A stretch of 64,000 nucleotides of DNA from Rickettsiales bacterium (lineage in GTDB: Bacteria; Pseudomonadota; Alphaproteobacteria; Rickettsiales; UBA3002). Position 1 is the first letter of the stretch. Every line of letters begins with the position of its first letter. The stretch covers positions 12,583 to 76,582 of the forward strand of contig JBIIAV010000002.1 of the NCBI GenBank assembly GCA_044239745.1. Reading direction: 5' to 3'. Below, piece after piece: positions 60,010 through 64,000 of the stretch. Below the pieces are notes generated by a model. That model made no database searches. It saw only the letters and a program-made list of their open reading frames with translations, and was not told where the DNA came from. The position numbers and the translations under genes were made by a program.

Positions 60010-61329
60010 CTATTTGCCAATGCAAAAGCGGCTGAAAACGAGGTCTAATACATCATCGACCCAGATCTTGCCAGTGATTTTGCCAATGGCCGTCGCCGCT
60101 ACCCGTAACTCCTCACAGACCAGCTCGAGCGGCGCATCGGCACGGAAGCGTTTGAGGCTTGCTGCGGCCTCGGCCAAGGCCTCGCGATGGCGGGCGCGAG
60201 TGATAAGGGGCGAGGCGGCCGTATCCATCCGCTGTGCCACCGCTTCGGCAAGCGCGCTCATCAAACCGTCCAACCCGTCGCCGGTCTTGGTCGAGATGGC
60301 AAGGGCGCCCGCGGGCAAGGCGGGAAGGGGCGAAAGATCGGATTTGGTGAAAACCACGATTTTGTTATGATTTTCAGATGGCTGCTTGCTTTGTGTCGCG
60401 CGGTCGGACGCGTCGCGCAGCTCCAGAACGATATCGGCATGCTGGGCGCGGGTGCGCGCGCGGCGGATGCCCTCGGCCTCGATGCTGCCAGCATGTTCGC
60501 GGATGCCGGCAGTGTCGACAAGCGTCAGGGCATAGCCACCGAGTTCCATCGCCACCTCAATGATGTCACGGGTGGTGCCCGCCTCGGCCGAGACGATGGC
60601 CGCATCGCGCTTGACCAACACATTGAGAAGGCTTGATTTTCCGACATTGGGCGCGCCGGTGATGACCACGTCCAGCCCGTCGCGGATCTTCTCGCCGATG
60701 GCGCCATCATCAAGCAAGGCCTCAAGCTCGGTCACAAGGGCGGCGACGCGGGCGTTTGCCTCAGCGATCACGGCCTCGGGGATCTCCTCGTCGGGAAAAT
60801 CGATATAGGCTTCCATCAAAGCGAGGGGCTGGATGATGGCGGCGCGCAAGTCCTCGACCCGACGGCTCATGCCGCCATCGAGCTGGCGCAGGGCTTGGGT
60901 GTGCTGGGAGGCGGTTTGCGCGTCGATCAAATCGGCCAAACCCTCGGCCTGAGCCAGATCCAGCTTGCCGTTGGCGAAGGCGCGGCGGGCGAATTCACCG
61001 GCCTGCGCCATGCGTAGGCCATCGCATTGGCCGAGTGCATCGAGCAATAGGCGCATTACGGCGCGGCTGCCATGGGTGTGCAGCTCGACCACGTCCTCGC
61101 CGGTGAAGGAGTGTGGGGCAGGGAAATACAAGCCGAGGGCTTGATCGATGGTATTGCCCCGATGGGTGAGCGTTACCAGTGTTGCGTGACGGGGCGCTAG
61201 CGGCTTTTCCACCCCTAAAAAGCGAACGGCTGCCAGCGCCGCGGGCCCGCTGATGCGAACGACGGCGACACCAGCGCGGCCGGCGGCGGTGGCAAGGGCA
61301 TAAATGGTGGCGGCGGTGGCGTGGCTCAT
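60010..61329 (-). CDS. mnmE: tRNA modification GTPase MnmE (TrmE)
   Basis: 439 aa. TIYALAT N-terminus, G-domain GAPNVGKSSL / DTAGIR / TKSD, and a C-terminal CIGK. Confidence 0.95.
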   Translation of the reverse strand: MSHATAATIYALATAAGRAGVAVVRISGPAALAAVRFLGVEKPLAPRHATLVTLTHRGNTIDQALGLYFPAPHSFTGEDVVELHTHGSRAVMRLLLDALGQCDGLRMAQAGEFARRAFANGKLDLAQAEGLADLIDAQTASQHTQALRQLDGGMSRRVEDLRAAIIQPLALMEAYIDFPDEEIPEAVIAEANARVAALVTELEALLDDGAIGEKIRDGLDVVITGAPNVGKSSLLNVLVKRDAAIVSAEAGTTRDIIEVAMELGGYALTLVDTAGIREHAGSIEAEGIRRARTRAQHADIVLELRDASDRATQSKQPSENHNKIVVFTKSDLSPLPALPAGALAISTKTGDGLDGLMSALAEAVAQRMDTAASPLITRARHREALAEAAASLKRFRADAPLELVCEELRVAATAIGKITGKIWVDDVLDLVFSRFCIGK

Positions 61330-61416
61330 GATGCTGCGGATGTAGGCAGATTGGGCGTGAAAGGCAAGCGTGACCGATAGGGGCGGCGCCTTAAAATCGG
61401 TAGCGATAAGGCGGCC

Positions 61417-62457
61417 TCACGCGGCGCGGGCAGAAGCGGGGGCGGCAAAGCGAGCGACCTCCATCAGCCCGTGCGCCATGCGGCTGAGCGATTCGTCGCT
61501 GTAGCGTTTGGAATCAAGCTCGAGCCCTTGCAGCCGCGCCAGCGCTTGCGTACAAGCGGCCACATGCCAACGCCCCGCATGGGATTTAAGCAACGGTTTT
61601 GCCTTGAAGAATACCGGCGGGCGCAGGCCTTCGATGATGCCATCGATGTTGCCGCCCTCGGCGCGTTTGAGGGCGATGGCCTCGAGCCGCTGGATGTAGC
61701 GCATGATGCTGCGCACCATCAAAAGCCCGGGATTTCCCTCCATCAACAGACGATCGCTCAGGCGGCAGATAGCCGCCATATCGCCGCCGGCGACGGCGAC
61801 ATTGAGGTCGTCGAAGGATTTATCGTTGTTCTCGCCGACGGTGGCCACCACGTCGTCGATCGAGATTTCCTCGGCTTCGTCGCCGACATAAAGTGATAAT
61901 TTCTCAAGCTCGTTGATGATGATCTGGCGATCGCCGGAAAGCTGGGAGGCGAGCATGCGCAACGCTTCGCCACTGGCGCGCAGGCCGTAGCCGCGCAAAT
62001 GATCGCGGATGAATTGCTCCAGACCCGAGCCTTCGTCCTTGTAGCAAGCGATGGTGCCCACCTGTGCCGAACGCTCGCCCCACAGCCGTAATTTGCTGGT
62101 CGAGGGCAACGCTTCGGTCGCGTAAAGAATAAGGAAATTCTCCGGCGCGCGGCGGCTTACCGCCTCCTCGATCGCCGGCAGCAGGGCATCTTCCGCCTCA
62201 CGCACAATGATAACGCGGCGCGGCGCCATCAGCGACATGGCGGCAAGCTCGTCGCTCAAGGCGGCGTGGTCCTCCTTCAGACGCTCCACCGTCAGTTCGA
62301 CCTGTGCCATGGGGTCGGGGTTTTTACCCAGCCAGCTTTGGCAAAGCTCCGCCACGCGCTGACGCACTTGCCCAGCGTCGGTGCCGTAGATAAGGGCGGC
62401 GGAGGCCTGCGCCGGCGCGCGGACGAAGCCCTCAATATCGCGGGTAGATAGTTTCAT
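61417..62457 (-). CDS. holA: DNA polymerase III delta subunit
   Basis: From ATG 62457 (MKLSTRDIEGF...), about 346 aa. It has the position and length of holA downstream of lptE. The longer track ORF extends into lptE. Sequence conservation in this family is weak. Confidence 0.75.
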   Translation of the reverse strand: MKLSTRDIEGFVRAPAQASAALIYGTDAGQVRQRVAELCQSWLGKNPDPMAQVELTVERLKEDHAALSDELAAMSLMAPRRVIIVREAEDALLPAIEEAVSRRAPENFLILYATEALPSTSKLRLWGERSAQVGTIACYKDEGSGLEQFIRDHLRGYGLRASGEALRMLASQLSGDRQIIINELEKLSLYVGDEAEEISIDDVVATVGENNDKSFDDLNVAVAGGDMAAICRLSDRLLMEGNPGLLMVRSIMRYIQRLEAIALKRAEGGNIDGIIEGLRPPVFFKAKPLLKSHAGRWHVAACTQALARLQGLELDSKRYSDESLSRMAHGLMEVARFAAPASARAA

Positions 62458-63067
62458 GGGCGCGGGTGGGTTGGGGTAAAGCGGGCATACGCGGCGACTC
62501 CATAACGGGGGCGATGGAGGTGCCATTGGTGCTGTTGAGGGTGGGCAGGAGCGTGGCGAGGCGCAGTTTATAATCCTGTGCGAGGGCGAGCATCCCTTTT
62601 TTGCGGGCGTCCTCGACCGAGACATAGGAAGCGTAATCGGCGGTGGGTGAGGCGCTGTAGCTGCTGGAGCGCTGGATGTTGCCGCTGGCGATCACCTTGC
62701 CGTCACTCATGCGGGTGAGGGTGTAACTGCTGGCATATTGAAGATCGCCGCGGCTCGACGTGCCGTCGGGATTGACGAATAGCGAGGTATCTTGCTCGGT
62801 GTAATTGATGGATAGCAGGAACTGTTTTTGCCCCTGCGTGCCGCGCGGGTTGGTCTGGTCCTCGATCTCGGCCTTCAAAAGCTCGCTGGAGCGCCGCGAG
62901 ATGGTGCTGGGTGCATTGGCAGTGATGGTAGAGCCGATGACCGTGACCGCCACCGATGACAGATCGACCGCAGCGGCAGTGGTGGAATCCTTGGCGTATT
63001 GCGGCTTGAAGCCGCAGCCAGCAAGCAAGACAAGGGCGGCCAAAGCCGATAGGAGGGGATAACGCAT
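62432..63067 (-). CDS. lptE: LPS-assembly lipoprotein LptE (RlpB)
   Basis: Lipobox LLAGCGFKP is typical of LptE. 211 aa. Immediately upstream of holA with a 26-nt overlap. Confidence 0.78.
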   Translation of the reverse strand: MRYPLLSALAALVLLAGCGFKPQYAKDSTTAAAVDLSSVAVTVIGSTITANAPSTISRRSSELLKAEIEDQTNPRGTQGQKQFLLSINYTEQDTSLFVNPDGTSSRGDLQYASSYTLTRMSDGKVIASGNIQRSSSYSASPTADYASYVSVEDARKKGMLALAQDYKLRLATLLPTLNSTNGTSIAPVMESPRMPALPQPTRAHETIYPRY

Positions 63068-63163
63068 GCATCTGTAGTAGCACGCTGCTGCGAAAGCGCA
63101 AATGCTTCCGAAACGAAGCGGCGCGGGGCAATGGCGATGGGGCCGCGCAGTGCGAAGCAGGCA

Positions 63164-63205
63164 AGAAAAAAGGGGCGGCTCTTGCGAACCGCCCCCTCTT
63201 TTTAG
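63164..63205 (-). terminator. rho-independent terminator of the porin gene
   Basis: Minus strand reads GGGGGCGGTTCGCAAGAGCCGCCCC followed by TTTTTTCTT, 15 nt after the porin stop. Confidence 0.85.
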
Positions 63206-63219
63206 TGTCGCTCTAAGAC

Positions 63220-64000
63220 TTAGAACGCAACCTGGGTACCGAGGATAACCGTGGTACCTTGGTTGTCGTAGACTACGCCGGCGCTGTCGAACTCGTAGAA
63301 CGAGACTTCAGCGTACGGGGTCAGACCAGCAGCGAGTTTGTACTCAGCACCGAGAACGAGGTTCTGGAATTCGTTCTGTGTGGTTGCGGTAACGTCGCGG
63401 GTCGAGTCGATGTAGGTAGCCGACAGACCGATTGGGCCTGCAGTGTAACCACCACCGAGGGTCCAGTAGTCGCTATCGCGACCAGCGGTGTTGTCGGAAT
63501 CCGACCAGTCACCGTACGAACCAGCTACGCTGAAACCTTGGAAGCCAACGAGAGCACCAATGTTGTAGGCTTTGGTGTCTTCGGTAGCTGCGGTCTCTGC
63601 TTCACCGAGTTCGTAGGTACCGGCAGCAGCCAATTTAACGCCGCTGAAGGTGCCTTCGTAACCCAGACCCAGATCCCAGATGTTGCCAATGTCACCCGCG
63701 TTGTTGTCAGCGCGAGCAATGGTTTGACCACGGCTGAGCGACGGGGTGTAGCTCACACCAGCTTGGAAGCCCGAGAATTTCGGGGTGTAGTAGCTTACTT
63801 TGGTCGAGTTGTACTCCGACTCGTCACCGAAATCGGTCAGCGAGCCATGCTCGGTAACCAGTTTCGAGGTGGTGATGAACGAAGCAGTGTTCACGCCGTT
63901 CACGAAGTAGGTCCACGCACCGTTGATACCGCCGGTAGCAGCAGCAAGGGTCGAAGCGTCAACGCGCATAGTCGAAGCAACCGATTTGTTGTCGCCCAGT
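63220..64000 (-). CDS. outer-membrane porin (alphaproteobacterial Porin_2 type), C-terminal part; gene continues past the window end
   Basis: Alternating beta-strand pattern rich in Gly/Tyr/Thr/Ser. C-terminal ...TVILGTQVAF, with terminal Phe. The frame stays open to position 64000. Codon usage looks highly expressed. A strong terminator follows. Confidence 0.85.
   Translation of the reverse strand, partial: LGDNKSVASTMRVDASTLAAATGGINGAWTYFVNGVNTASFITTSKLVTEHGSLTDFGDESEYNSTKVSYYTPKFSGFQAGVSYTPSLSRGQTIARADNNAGDIGNIWDLGLGYEGTFSGVKLAAAGTYELGEAETAATEDTKAYNIGALVGFQGFSVAGSYGDWSDSDNTAGRDSDYWTLGGGYTAGPIGLSATYIDSTRDVTATTQNEFQNLVLGAEYKLAAGLTPYAEVSFYEFDSAGVVYDNQGTTVILGTQVAF

Noticed and set aside
62458-62625. 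N-terminal extension of holA (MSRSRTPAKKGCSPSHRIINCASP...)
   Set aside because: It overlaps the lptE coding region and is Pro/Ser/Arg-rich. The internal ATG at 62457 gives a normal-length delta subunit.

Overview
GC-rich core-chromosome window from an alphaproteobacterium. The lineage call is an inference from gene content: petABC, membrane-anchored cytochrome c, Porin_2-type porin, DUF3576/DUF3035 lipoproteins, ELM1-like protein, and the mnmE-mnmG-rsmG-parA-parB block. I call about 57 protein genes, almost all housekeeping, plus one tRNA-Arg(CCT). I found no IS element, prophage, CRISPR array or recognisable defence system. Four things stand out. (1) A family of short GC-hairpin palindromic repeats has the core GTGCGTAGC...ATGGCG(CG)AGCC...GGGGC-loop-GCCCC. 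It occurs intergenically as inverted and tandem dimers. It is also inserted in-frame, in the same orientation and core reading frame, in putA, carA, trmL and hemF, with a minimal hairpin in carB. This resembles the Rickettsia palindromic elements but in a GC-rich genome. (2) The normally contiguous petA-petB-petC operon is interrupted by a visibly AT-richer 148-codon ORF of unknown function, abutting petA (3 nt after its stop) and stop/start-overlapping petB. Cytochrome b also carries a hydrophobic insertion of roughly 50 aa. (3) Four perfect parS sites (TGTTTCACGTGAAACA) lie next to parAB. Three are embedded in rsmG/mnmG coding sequence, in two different frames. (4) A perfect (CCTGAAT)x4 heptanucleotide repeat sits inside the mutL linker and is a candidate slippage-prone mutator switch. 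Smaller oddities are an AT-rich methyltransferase islet between carB and greA, a 122-bp imperfect palindrome, small translationally coupled ORFs, and separation of leuS from lptE-holA. All calls rest on reading the sequence and ORF translations. No database search was possible.
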